Of a DNA stretch of 64,000 nucleotides, positions 50,001 to 62,000 are shown piece after piece. The stretch's first letter is position 1, and the number at the start of each line of letters is the position of its first letter. Position numbers and translations under genes: made by a program. The DNA comes from Eledone cirrhosa (Eukaryota): contig OZ024744.1 of the NCBI GenBank assembly GCA_964016885.1, forward strand, positions 135,160,001 to 135,224,000. The letters run 5' to 3'. Under the pieces are notes generated by a model, which saw only the letters and a program-made list of their open reading frames with translations, had not been told where the DNA came from and searched no databases.

Positions 50001-50717
50001 TGGGGTTAAGTTAAGTTGGGGTTAAGTTAAGTTGGGGTTAAGTTAAGTTGGGGTTAAGTTAGGTTGTGGTTAAGTTAAGTTGGGGGTAAGTTAAGTTGGG
50101 GGTAAGTTAAGTTGGGGTTAATTTAAGTTGGGTCTAATTAAGTTGGGGTTAAGTTAAGTTGGGGTTAAGTTAAGTTGGGGTTGAGTTAATTTGGGGTTAA
50201 CTTAAGTTGGGGGTACTTAAGTTGGGTTTAAGTTAAGTGAGGTTAAGTTAAGTTGGGGTTAAGTTAAGTTGGGGTTAAGTTAAGTTGGGGGTAAGTTAAG
50301 TTGGGGGTAAGTTAAGTTGGTGTTAATTTAAGTTGGGTCAAATTAAGTTGGGGTTAAGTTAAGTTGGAGTTAAGTTAAGTTGGGGTTAAATTAAGTTGGG
50401 GTTAAGTTAAGTTGGGGTTAAGTTAAGTTGGGGGTAAGTTAAGATGGGGTTAAGTTAAGTTGGGGTTAAGTTAATTTGGGGTTAAGTTAGGGTTAAGTTA
50501 AGTTGGGGTTGAGTTAAGTTGGGGTTAAGTTAAGTTGGGGTTATGTTAAGTTGGGGTTAAGTTAAGTTGGGGTTAAGTTGAGTTGGGGTTCAGTTAAGTT
50601 GCGGTTAAGTTAAGTTGGGGTTAAGTTAAGTTGGGGTTAAGTTAAGTTGGGGTTAAGTTAAGTTGGGGTTAATTTAAGTTGGGGTTAAGTTAGGATGTGG
50701 TTAAGTTAAGTTGGGGG

Positions 50718-53700
50718 TAAGTTAAGTTGGGGGTAAGTTAAGTTGGGGTTAATATAAGTTGGGTCTAATTAAGTTGGGGCTAAGTTAAGTTGGGGTTCAG
50801 TTAAGTTGGGGTTAAGTTAAGTTTGGGTTAAGTTGGGGTTAAATTAAGTTGGGGTTAAGTTAAGTTGGGGTTTAGTTAAGTTGGGGTTAAATTAAGTGGT
50901 GGTTATGTTAAGTTGGGGTTAAGTTAAGTTGGGGTTAATTTAAATTGGGGTTAAGTTAACTTTGTGGTTAAGTTAAGTTGGGGTTTATTTAAGTTGGGGT
51001 TAAGTTAAGTTGGGGCAAAGTTAAGTTGAGGCTGAGTTAAGTTGGGGCTGATTTAAGTTGGGGTTAAGTTAAGTTGGGGTTGAGTTAAGTTGGGGTTAAG
51101 TTAAGTTGGGGTTAAATTAAGTGGTGGTTATGTTAAGTTGGGGTTAAGTTAAGTTGGGGTTAATTTAAATTGGGGTTAAGTTAACTTTGTGGTTAAGTTA
51201 AGTTGGGGTTTATTTAAGTTGGGGTTAAGTTAAGTTGGGGTTAAGTTAAGTTGGGGTTGAGTTAAGTTGGGGTTAAGTTAAGTTGGGGTTAAGTTAAGTT
51301 GGGGTTAAGTTAAGTTGGGGTTAAGTTAAGTTGGAGTTAAGTTAAGTTGGTCTTAAGTTAAGTTGGGGCAAAGTTAAGTTGGGGCTGAGTTAAGTTGGGG
51401 CTGATTTAAGTTGGGGTTAAGTTAAGTTGGGGTTGAGTTAAGTTGGGGTTAAGTTAAGTTGGGGTTAATTTAAGTTGGGGTTAAGTTAAGTTGGGGTTAA
51501 GTTAAGTTGGGGTTGAGTTAAGTTGGGGTTAAGTTGGGGTTAAGTTAAGTTGGTGTTAAGTTAAGTTGGGGCTAAATTAAGTTGGGGCTGAGTTAAGTTG
51601 GGGTTAAGTTAAGTTGGGGTTGAGTTAAGTTGGGGTTAAGTTAAGTTGGGGTTAAGTTAAGTTGGGGTTAAGTTAAATTGGGGTTAAGTTAAGTTGGGGT
51701 TGAGTTAAGTTGGGGTTAAGTTAAGTTGGGGTTCAGTTAAGTTGGGGTTAAGTTAAGTTGGGGTTAAGATGGAGTTAAATTAAGTTGGGGTTAAGTTAAG
51801 TTGGGGTTAAGTTAAGTCGGGGTTAAGTTAAGTCGGGGTTAAGTTAAGTTAGGGTTAAGTTAAGTTGGAGTTAAGTTAAGTTGGGGTTGAGTTAAGTTGG
51901 GGTTGAGTTAAATTGGGGTGGAGTTAATTTGGGGTTGAGTTAATTTGGTGTTGAGTTAAGTTGGGGGTTAAGTTAAGTTGGGGTTAAGTTAAGTTGGGGT
52001 TAAGTTAAGTTGGGGTTAAGTTAAGTTGGTGTTAAGTTAAGTTGGGGCTAAGTTAAGTTGGGGCTGAGTTAAGTTGGGGTTAAGTTAAGTTGGGGTTGAG
52101 TTAAGTTGGGGTTTAGTTAAGTTGGGGTTCAGTTAAGTTGGGGTTAAGTTAAGTTTGGGTTAAGTTGGGGTTAAATTGAGTTGGGGTTAAGTTAAGTTGG
52201 GGTTTAGTTAAGTTGGGGTTAAGTTAAGTTGGGGTTAATTTAAGTTGGGGTTAAGTTAAGTTGCGGGTAATTTAAGTTGGGGTTAAGTTAAGTTGGGGTT
52301 AAGTTAAGTTGGGGTTAAGTTAAGTTGGGGTTAAGTTAAGTTGGGGGTAAGTTAAGTTGGGGGTAAGTTAAGTTGGGGGTAAGTTAAGTTGGGGTTAAGT
52401 TAAGTTAGGGTTAAGTTAAGTTGGGGTTGAGTTAAGTTGGGGTTAAGTTAAGTTGGGGTTATGTTAAGTTGGGGTTAAGTTAAGTTGCGGTTAAGTTAAG
52501 TTGGGGTTAAGTTAAGTTGGGCTTAAGTTAACTTGGGGTTAAGTTAAGTTGGGGTTAAGTTAAGTTGGGGTTAAGTTAAGTTGGGGTTAAGTTAGATTGT
52601 GGTTAAGTTAAGTTGGGGTTAAGTTAAGTTGGGGTAAGTTAAGTTGGGGTTAAGTTAAGGCGGGGTTAAGTTGAGTTTGGGTTACGTTAAGTTGGGGTTA
52701 AGTTAAGTTGGGGTTGAGTTAATTTGGGGTTAACTTAAGTTGGGGGTACTTAAGTTGTGTTTAAGTTAAGTGGGGTTAATTTAAGTTGGGGTTAAGTTAA
52801 GTTGGGGTTAAGTTAAGTTGGGGGTAAATTAAGTTGGGGTTAATTTAAGTTGGGTCTAATTAAGTTGGGGTTAAGTTAAGTTGGGGTTAAGTTAAGTTGG
52901 GGTTGAGTTAATTTGGGGTTAACTTAAGTTGGGGGTACTTAAGTTGGGTTTAAGTTAAGTGAGGTTAAGTTAAGTTGGGGTTAAGTTAAGTTGGGGTTAA
53001 GTTAAGTTGGGGGTAAGTTAAGTTGGGGGTAAGTTAAGTTGGGGTTAATTTAAGTTGGGTCAAATTAAGTTGGGGTTAAGTTAAGTTGGAGTTAAGTTAA
53101 GTTGGGGTTAAATTAAGTTGGGGTTAAGTTAAGTTGGGGTTAAGTTAAGTTGGGGTTAAGTTAAGTTGGGGTTAAGTTAAGTTGGGGTTAAGTTAAGTTG
53201 GGGTTAAGTTAAGTTGGGGTTGAGTTAAGTTGGGGTTGAGTTAATTTGGGGTTAATTTAAGTTGGGGGTACTTAAGTTGTGTTTAAGTTAAGTGGGGTTA
53301 AGTTAAGTTGGGGTTAAGTTAAGTTGGGGTTAAGTTAAGTTGGGGTTAAGTTAAGTTGGGGTTAAGTTAAGTTGGGGTTAAATTAAGTTGGGGTTAAATT
53401 AAGTTGGGGTTAAGTTAAGTTGGGGGTAAGTTAAGTTGGGGGCAAGTTAAGTTGGGGTTTAGTTAAGTTGGGGTTGAATTAAGTTGGGGTTAAGTTAAGT
53501 TGGTGTTAATTTAAGTTGGGGTTTATTTAAGTTGGGGTTAATTAAGTTGGGGTTAAGTTAAGTTGGGGTTAAGTTAAGTTGGGGTTAATTTAAGTTGGGG
53601 TTGAGTTAAGTTGGGGTTAAGTTAAGTTGGGGTTAAGTTAAGTTGGTGTTAAGTTAAGTTGGGGCTAAGTTAAGTTGGGGCTGAGTTAAGTTGGGGCTGA

Positions 53701-56700
53701 GTTAAGTTGGGGTTAAGTTAAGTTGGGGTTGAGTTAAGTTGGGGTTAAGTTAAGTTGGGGTTAAGTTCAGTTGGGGTTAAGTTAAGTTGGGGTTAAGTTA
53801 AGTTGGGGTTTAGTTAAGTTGGGGTTCAGTTAAGTTGGGGTTAAGTTAAGTTTGGGTTAAGTTGGGGTTAAATTAAGTTGGGGTTAAGTTAAGTTGGGGT
53901 TATGTTAAGTTGGGGTTAAGTTAAGTTGCGGTTAAGTTAAGTTGGGGTTAAGTTAAGTTGGGGGTAAGTTAAGTTGGGGTTAATATAAGTTGGGTCTAAT
54001 TAAGTTGGGGCTAAGTTAAGTTGGGGTTCAGTTAAGTTGGGGTTAAGTTAAGTTTGGGTTAAGTTGGGGTTAAATTAAGTTGGGGTTAAGTTAAGTTGGG
54101 GTTTAGTTAAGTTGGGGTTAAATTAAGTGGTGGTTATGTTAAGTTGGGGTTAAGTTAAGTTGGGGTTAATTTAAATTGGGGTTAAGTTAACTTTGTGGTT
54201 AAGTTAAGTTGGGGTTTATTTAAGTTGGGGTTAAGTTAAGTTGGGGCAAAGTTAAGTTGAGGCTGAGTTAAGTTGGGGCTGATTTAAGTTGGGGTTAAGT
54301 TAAGTTGGGGTTGAGTTAAGTTGGGGTTAAGTTAAGTTGGGGTTAAATTAAGTGGTGGTTATGTTAAGTTGGGGTTAAGTTAAGTTGGGGTTAATTTAAA
54401 TTGGGGTTAAGTTAACTTTGTGGTTAAGTTAAGTTGGGGTTTATTTAAGTTGGGGTTAAGTTAAGTTGGGGTTAAGTTAAGTTGGGGTTGAGTTAAGTTG
54501 GGGTTAAGTTAAGTTGGGGTTAAGTTAAGTTGGGGTTAAGTTAAGTTGGGGTTAAGTTAAGTTGGAGTTAAGTTAAGTTGGTCTTAAGTTAAGTTGGGGC
54601 AAAGTTAAGTTGGGGCTGAGTTAAGTTGGGGCTGATTTAAGTTGGGGTTAAGTTAAGTTGGGGTTGAGTTAAGTTGGGGTTAAGTTAAGTTGGGGTTAAT
54701 TTAAGTTGGGGTTAAGTTAAGTTGGGGTTAAGTTAAGTTGGGGTTGAGTTAAGTTGGGGTTAAGTTGGGGTTAAGTTAAGTTGGTGTTAAGTTAAGTTGG
54801 GGCTAAATTAAGTTGGGGCTGAGTTAAGTTGGGGTTAAGTTAAGTTGGGGTTGAGTTAAGTTGGGGTTAAGTTAAGTTGGGGTTAAGTTAAGTTGGGGTT
54901 AAGTTAAATTGGGGTTAAGTTAAGTTGGGGTTGAGTTAAGTTGGGGTTAAGTTAAGTTGGGGTTCAGTTAAGTTGGGGTTAAGTTAAGTTGGGGTTAAGA
55001 TGGAGTTAAATTAAGTTGGGGTTAAGTTAAGTTGGGGTTAAGTTAAGTCGGGGTTAAGTTAAGTCGGGGTTAAGTTAAGTTAGGGTTAAGTTAAGTTGGA
55101 GTTAAGTTAAGTTGGGGTTGAGTTAAGTTGGGGTTGAGTTAAATTGGGGTGGAGTTAATTTGGGGTTGAGTTAATTTGGTGTTGAGTTAAGTTGGGGGTT
55201 AAGTTAAGTTGGGGTTAAGTTAAGTTGGGGTTAAGTTAAGTTGGGGTTAAGTTAAGTTGGTGTTAAGTTAAGTTGGGGCTAAGTTAAGTTGGGGCTGAGT
55301 TAAGTTGGGGTTAAGTTAAGTTGGGGTTGAGTTAAGTTGGGGTTTAGTTAAGTTGGGGTTCAGTTAAGTTGGGGTTAAGTTAAGTTTGGGTTAAGTTGGG
55401 GTTAAATTGAGTTGGGGTTAAGTTAAGTTGGGGTTTAGTTAAGTTGGGGTTAAGTTAAGTTGGGGTTAATTTAAGTTGGGGTTAAGTTAAGTTGCGGGTA
55501 ATTTAAGTTGGGGTTAAGTTAAGTTGGGGTTAAGTTAAGTTGGGGTTAAGTTAAGTTGGGGTTAAGTTAAGTTGGGGGTAAGTTAAGTTGGGGGTAAGTT
55601 AAGTTGGGGGTAAGTTAAGTTGGGGTTAAGTTAAGTTAGGGTTAAGTTAAGTTGGGGTTGAGTTAAGTTGGGGTTAAGTTAAGTTGGGGTTATGTTAAGT
55701 TGGGGTTAAGTTAAGTTGCGGTTAAGTTAAGTTGGGGTTAAGTTAAGTTGGGCTTAAGTTAACTTGGGGTTAAGTTAAGTTGGGGTTAAGTTAAGTTGGG
55801 GTTAAGTTAAGTTGGGGTTAAGTTAGATTGTGGTTAAGTTAAGTTGGGGTTAAGTTAAGTTGGGGTAAGTTAAGTTGGGGTTAAGTTAAGGCGGGGTTAA
55901 GTTGAGTTTGGGTTACGTTAAGTTGGGGTTAAGTTAAGTTGGGGTTGAGTTAATTTGGGGTTAACTTAAGTTGGGGGTACTTAAGTTGTGTTTAAGTTAA
56001 GTGGGGTTAATTTAAGTTGGGGTTAAGTTAAGTTGGGGTTAAGTTAAGTTGGGGGTAAATTAAGTTGGGGTTAATTTAAGTTGGGTCTAATTAAGTTGGG
56101 GTTAAGTTAAGTTGGGGTTAAGTTAAGTTGGGGTTGAGTTAATTTGGGGTTAACTTAAGTTGGGGGTACTTAAGTTGGGTTTAAGTTAAGTGAGGTTAAG
56201 TTAAGTTGGGGTTAAGTTAAGTTGGGGTTAAGTTAAGTTGGGGGTAAGTTAAGTTGGGGGTAAGTTAAGTTGGGGTTAATTTAAGTTGGGTCAAATTAAG
56301 TTGGGGTTAAGTTAAGTTGGAGTTAAGTTAAGTTGGGGTTAAATTAAGTTGGGGTTAAGTTAAGTTGGGGTTAAGTTAAGTTGGGGTTAAGTTAAGTTGG
56401 GGTTAAGTTAAGTTGGGGTTAAGTTAAGTTGGGGTTAAGTTAAGTTGGGGTTGAGTTAAGTTGGGGTTGAGTTAATTTGGGGTTAATTTAAGTTGGGGGT
56501 ACTTAAGTTGTGTTTAAGTTAAGTGGGGTTAAGTTAAGTTGGGGTTAAGTTAAGTTGGGGTTAAGTTAAGTTGGGGTTAAGTTAAGTTGGGGTTAAGTTA
56601 AGTTGGGGTTAAATTAAGTTGGGGTTAAATTAAGTTGGGGTTAAGTTAAGTTGGGGGTAAGTTAAGTTGGGGGCAAGTTAAGTTGGGGTTTAGTTAAGTT

Positions 56701-57194
56701 GGGGTTGAATTAAGTTGGGGTTAAGTTAAGTTGGTGTTAATTTAAGTTGGGGTTTATTTAAGTTGGGGTTAATTAAGTTGGGGTTAAGTTAAGTTGGGGT
56801 TAAGTTAAGTTGGGGTTAATTTAAGTTGGGGTTGAGTTAAGTTGGGGTTAAGTTAAGTTGGGGTTAAGTTAAGTTGGTGTTAAGTTAAGTTGGGGCTAAG
56901 TTAAGTTGGGGCTGAGTTAAGTTGGGGCTGAGTTAAGTTGGGGTTAAGTTAAGTTGGGGTTGAGTTAAGTTGGGGTTAAGTTAAGTTGGGGTTAAGTTCA
57001 GTTGGGGTTAAGTTAAGTTGGGGTTAAGTTAAGTTGGGGTTTAGTTAAGTTGGGGTTCAGTTAAGTTGGGGTTAAGTTAAGTTTGGGTTAAGTTGGGGTT
57101 AAATTAAGTTGGGGTTAAGTTAAGTTGGGGTTATGTTAAGTTGGGGTTAAGTTAAGTTGCGGTTAAGTTAAGTTGGGGTTAAGTTAAGTTGGGG
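50718..57194 (+). repeat. Apparently perfect 3231-bp tandem duplication
   Basis: AATATAAG at 50751/53982, GGTCTTAAG at 51351/54582, AAGTTCAG at 53768/56999 and TTGCGG at 53929/57160 all give offset 3231. Confidence 0.9.
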
Positions 57195-59089
57195 TTAATT
57201 TAAGTTGGGGTTAAGTTAAGGCGGGGTTAAGTTGAGTTGGGGTTAAGTTAAGTTGGGGTTAAGTTAAGTTGGGGTTGAGTTAATTTGGGGTTAACTTAAG
57301 TTGGGGGTACTTAAGTTGGGTTTAAGTTAAGTGGGGTTCAGTTAAGTTGGGGTTAAGTTAAGTTGGGGTTAAGTTAAGTTGGGGTTAAGTTAGGTTGTGG
57401 TTAAGTTAAGTTGGGGGTAAGTTAAGTTGGGGGTAAGTTAAGTTGGGGTTAATTTAAGTTGGGTCTAATTAAGTTGGGGTTAAGTTAAGTTGGGGTTAAG
57501 TTAAGTTGGGGTTGAGTTAATTTGGGGTTAACTTAAGTTGGGGGTACTTAAGTTGGGTTTAAGTTAAGTGGGGTTAAGTTAAGTTGGGGTTAAGTTAAGT
57601 TGGGGGTAAGTTAAGTTGAGGGTAAGTTAAGTTGGGGTTAATTTAAGTTGGGTCAAATTAAGTTGGGGTTAAGTTAAGTTGGAGTTAAGTTAAGTTGGGG
57701 TTAAATTAAGTTGGGGTTAAGTTAAGTTGGGGTTTAGTTAAGTTGGGGTTAAGTTAAGTCGGGGTTAATTTAAGTTGGGGTTAAGTTAAGTTGCGGGTAA
57801 TTTAAGTTGGAGTTAAGTTAAGTTGGGGTTAAGTTAAGTTGGGGTTAAGTTAAGTTGGGGTTAAGTTAAGTTGGGGTTAAGTTAAGTTAGGGGTAAGTTA
57901 AGTTGGGGGTAAGTTAAGTTGGGGTTAAGTTAAGTTGGGGTTAAGATAAGTTAGGGTTAAGGTAAGTTGGGGTTGAGTTAAGTTGGGGTTAAGTTAAGTT
58001 GGGGTTATGTTAAGTTGGGGTTAAGTTAAGTTGCGGTTAAGTTAAGTTGGGGTTAAGTGAAGTTGGGGTTAAGTTAACTTGGGGTTAAGTTAAGTTGGGG
58101 TTAAGTTAAGTTGGGGTTAAGTTAAGTTGGGGTTCAGTTAGATTGTGGTTAAGTTAAGTTGGGGTTAAGTTAAGTTGGGGTTAAGTTAAGTTGGGGTTAA
58201 GTCAAGGCGGGGTTAAGTTGAGTTGGGGTTAAGTTAAGTTGGGGTTAAGTTAAGTTGGGGTTGAGTTAATTTGGGGTTAACTTAAGTTGGGGGTACTTAA
58301 GTTGGGTTTAAGTTAAGTGGGGTTAAGTTAAGTTGGGGTTAAGTTAAGTTGGGGTTAAGTTAAGTTGGGGTTAAGTTAGGTTGTGGTTAAGTTAAGTTGG
58401 GGGTAAGTTAAGTTGGGGGTAAGTTAAGTTGGGGTTAATTTAAGTTGGGTCTAATTAAGTTGGGGTTAAGTTAAGTTGGGGTTAAGTTAAGTTGGGGTTG
58501 AGTTAATTTGGGGTTAACTTAAGTTGGGGGTACTTAAGTTGGGTTTAAGTTAAGTGGGGTTAAGTTAAGTTGGGGTTAAGTTAAATTGGGGGTAAGTTAA
58601 GTTGGGGGTAAGTTAAGTTGGAGTTAATTTAAGTTGGGTCAAAATAAGTTGGGGTTAAGTTAAGTTGGGGTTAAGTTAAGTTGGGGTTAAATTAAGTTGG
58701 GGTTAAGTTAAGTTGGGGTTAAGTTAAGTTGGGGTTAAGTTAAGTTGGGAGTCAGTTAAGTTGGTGGTAAGTTAAGTTGGGGGTAAGTTAAGATGGGGTT
58801 GAGTTAAGTTGGGGTTAAGTTAAGTTGGGGGTAAGTTAAGTTGGGGGTAAGTTAAGTTGGGGTTAATTTAAGTTGGGTCAAATTAAGTTGGGGTTAAGTT
58901 AAGTTGGGGTTAAGTTAAGTTGGGGTTAAATTAAGTTGGGGTTAAGTTAAGTTGGGGTTAAGTTAAGTTGGGGTTTAGTTAAGTTGGGGTTCAGTTAAGT
59001 TGGGGTTAAGTTAAGTTTGGGTTAAGTTGGGGTTAAATTAAGTTGGGGTTAAGTTAAGTTGGGGTTAAGTTAAGTTGGGGTTAAGTTAA

Positions 59090-62000
59090 GTTGGGGTTTA
59101 GTTAAGTTGGGGTTCAGTTAAGTTGGGGTTAAGTTAAGTTTGGGTTAAGTTGGGGTTAAATTAAGTTGGGGTTAAGTTAAGTTGGGGTTTAGTTAAGTTG
59201 GAGTTAAGTTAAGTTGGGGTTAATTTAAGTTGGGGTTAAGTTAAGTTGCGGGTAATTTAAGTTGGGTTTAAGTTAAGTTGGGGTTAAATTAAGTTGGAGT
59301 TAAGTTAAGTTGGGGTTAAGTTAAGTTGGGGTTAAGTTAAGTTGGGGGTAAGTTAAGTTGGTGGTAAGTTAAGTTGGGGGTAAGTTAAGATGGGGTTAAG
59401 TTAAGTTGGGGTTAAATTAAGTTGGGGTTAAATTAAGTTGGGGTTAAGTTAAGTTGGGGGTAAGTTAAGTTGGGGGCAAGTTAAGTTGGGGTTAAGTTAA
59501 GTTGGGGTTAAATTAAGTTGGGGTTAAGTTAAGTGGTGGTTATGTTAAGTTGGGGTTAAGTTAATTTGGGGTTAAGTTAGGGTTAAGTTAAGTTGGGGTT
59601 GAGTTAAGTTGGGGTTAAGTTAAGTTGGGGTTAAGTTAAGTTGGGGTTAATTTAAGTTGGGGTTAAGTTAAGTTGGGGTTAAGTTAAGTTGGGGTTAAGT
59701 TAAGTTGGGGTTAAATTAAGTTGGGGTTAAGTTAATTTAGGGTTAAGTTATGGTTAAGTTAAGTTGGGGTTGAGTTAAGTTGGGGTTAAGTTAAGTTGGG
59801 GTTATGTTGAGTTGGGGTTCAGTTAAGTTGCGGTTAATTTAAGTTGGGGTTAAGTTAAGTTGGGGTTAAGTTAAGTTGGGGTTAAGTTAAGTTGGGGTTA
59901 AGATAAGTTGGGGTTAAGTTAAGTTGGGGTTAAGTTAGGTTGTGGTTAAGTTAAGTTGGGGGTAAGTTAAGTTGGGGTTAAGTTAGATTGTGGTTAAGTT
60001 AAGTTGGGGTTAAGTTAAGTTGGGGTTAAGTTAAGTTGGGGTTAAGTTAAGTTGGGGTTAAGTTAAATTGGCGTTAAGTTAAGTTGGGGTTAAGTTAAGT
60101 TGGGGTTAAGTTAAGGCGGGGTTAAGTTGAGTTGGGGTTGAGTTAATTTGGGGTTAACTTAAGTTGGGGGTACTTAAGGTGGGTTTAAGTTAAGTGGGGT
60201 TAAGTTAAGTTGGGGTTTAGATAAGTTGGGGTTAAGTTAAGTTGGGGTTAAGTTAGGTTGTGGTTAAGTTAAGTTGGGGGTAAGTTAAGTTGGGGGTAAG
60301 TTAAGTTGGGGTTAATTTAAGTTGGGTCTAATTAAGTTGGGGTTAAGTTAAGTTGGGGTTAAGTTAAGTTGGGGTTGAGTTAATTTGGGGTTAACTTAAG
60401 TTGGGGGTACTTAAGTTGGGTTTAAGTTAAGTGGGGTTAAGTTAAGTTGGGGTTAAGTTAAGTTGGGGTTAAGTTAAGTTGGGGTTAAGTTAATTTGGGG
60501 TTAAGTTATGGTTAAGTTAAGTTGGGGTTGAGTTAAGTTGGGGTTAAGTTAAGTTGGGGTTATGTTAAGTTGGGGTTAAGTTAAGTTGGGGTTAAGTTGA
60601 GTTGGGGTTCAGTTAAGTTGCGGTTAATTTAAGTTGGGGTTAAGTTAAGTTGGGGTTAAGTTAAGTTGGGGTTAAGTTAAGTTGGGGTTAATTTAAGTTG
60701 GGGTTAAGTTAAGTTGGGGTTAAGTTAAGTTGGGGTTAAGTTAAGTTGGGGTTAAATTAAATTGGGGTTAAGTTAAGTTGGGGTTAAGTTAAGTTGGGGT
60801 TAAGATAAGTTGGGGTTAAGTTAAGTTGGGGTTGAGTTAAGTTGGGGTTGAGTTAATTTGGGGTTAACTTAAGTTGGGGGTACTTAAGTTGGGTTTAAGT
60901 TAAGTGGGGTTAAGTTAAGTTGGGGTTAAGTTAAGTTGGGCTGAGTTAAGTTGGGGCTGAGTTAAGTTGGGATTAAGTTAAGTTGGGGTTGAGTTAAGTT
61001 GGGGTTTAGTTAAGTTGGGGTTCAGTTAAGTTGGGGTTAAGTTAAGTTTGGGTTAAGTTGGGGTTAAATTGAGTTGGGGTTAAGTTAAGTTGGGGTTTAG
61101 TTAAGTTGGGGTTAAGTTAAGTTGGGGTTAATTTAAGTTGGGGTTAAGTTAAGTTGCGGGTAATTTAAGTTGGGGTTAAGTTAAGTTGGGGTTAAGTTAA
61201 GTTGGGGTTAAGTTAAGTTGGGGTTAAGTTAAGTTGGGGGTAAGTTAAGTTGGGGGTAAGTTAAGTTGGGGGTAAGTTAAGTTGGGGTTAAGTTAAGTTA
61301 GGGTTAAGTTAAGTTGGGGTTGAGTTAAGTTGGGGTTAAGTTAAGTTGGGGTTATGTTAAGTTGGGGTTAAGTTAAGTTGCGGTTAAGTTAAGTTGGGGT
61401 TAAGTTAAGTTGGGCTTAAGTTAACTTGGGGTTAAGTTAAGTTGGGGTTAAGTTAAGTTGGGGTTAAGTTAAGTTGGGGTTAAGTTAGATTGTGGTTAAG
61501 TTAAGTTGGGGTTAAGTTAAGTTGGGGTTAAGTTAAGTTGGGGTTAAGTTAAGGCGGGGTTAAGTTGAGTTGGGGTTAAGTTAAGTTGGGGTTAAGTTAA
61601 GTTGGGGTTGAGTTAATTTGGGGTTAACTTAAGTTGGGGGTACTTAAGTTGTGTTTAAGTTAAGTGGGGTTAATTTAAGTTGGGGTTAAGTTAAGTTGGG
61701 GTTAAGTTAAGTTGGGGTTAAGTTAGGTTGTGGTTAAGTTAAGTTGGGGGTAAGTTAAGTTGGGGGTAAATTAAGTTGGGGTTAATTTAAGTTGGGTCTA
61801 ATTAAGTTGGGGTTAAGTTAAGTTGGGGTTAAGTTAAGTTGGGGTTGAGTTAATTTGGGGTTAACTTAAGTTGGGGGTACTTAAGTTGGGTTTAAGTTCA
61901 GTGAGGTTAAGTTAAGTTGGGGTTAAGTTAAGTTGGGGTTAAGTTAAGTTGGGGGTAAGTTAAGTTGGGGGTAAGTTAAGTTGGGGTTAATTTAAGTTGG

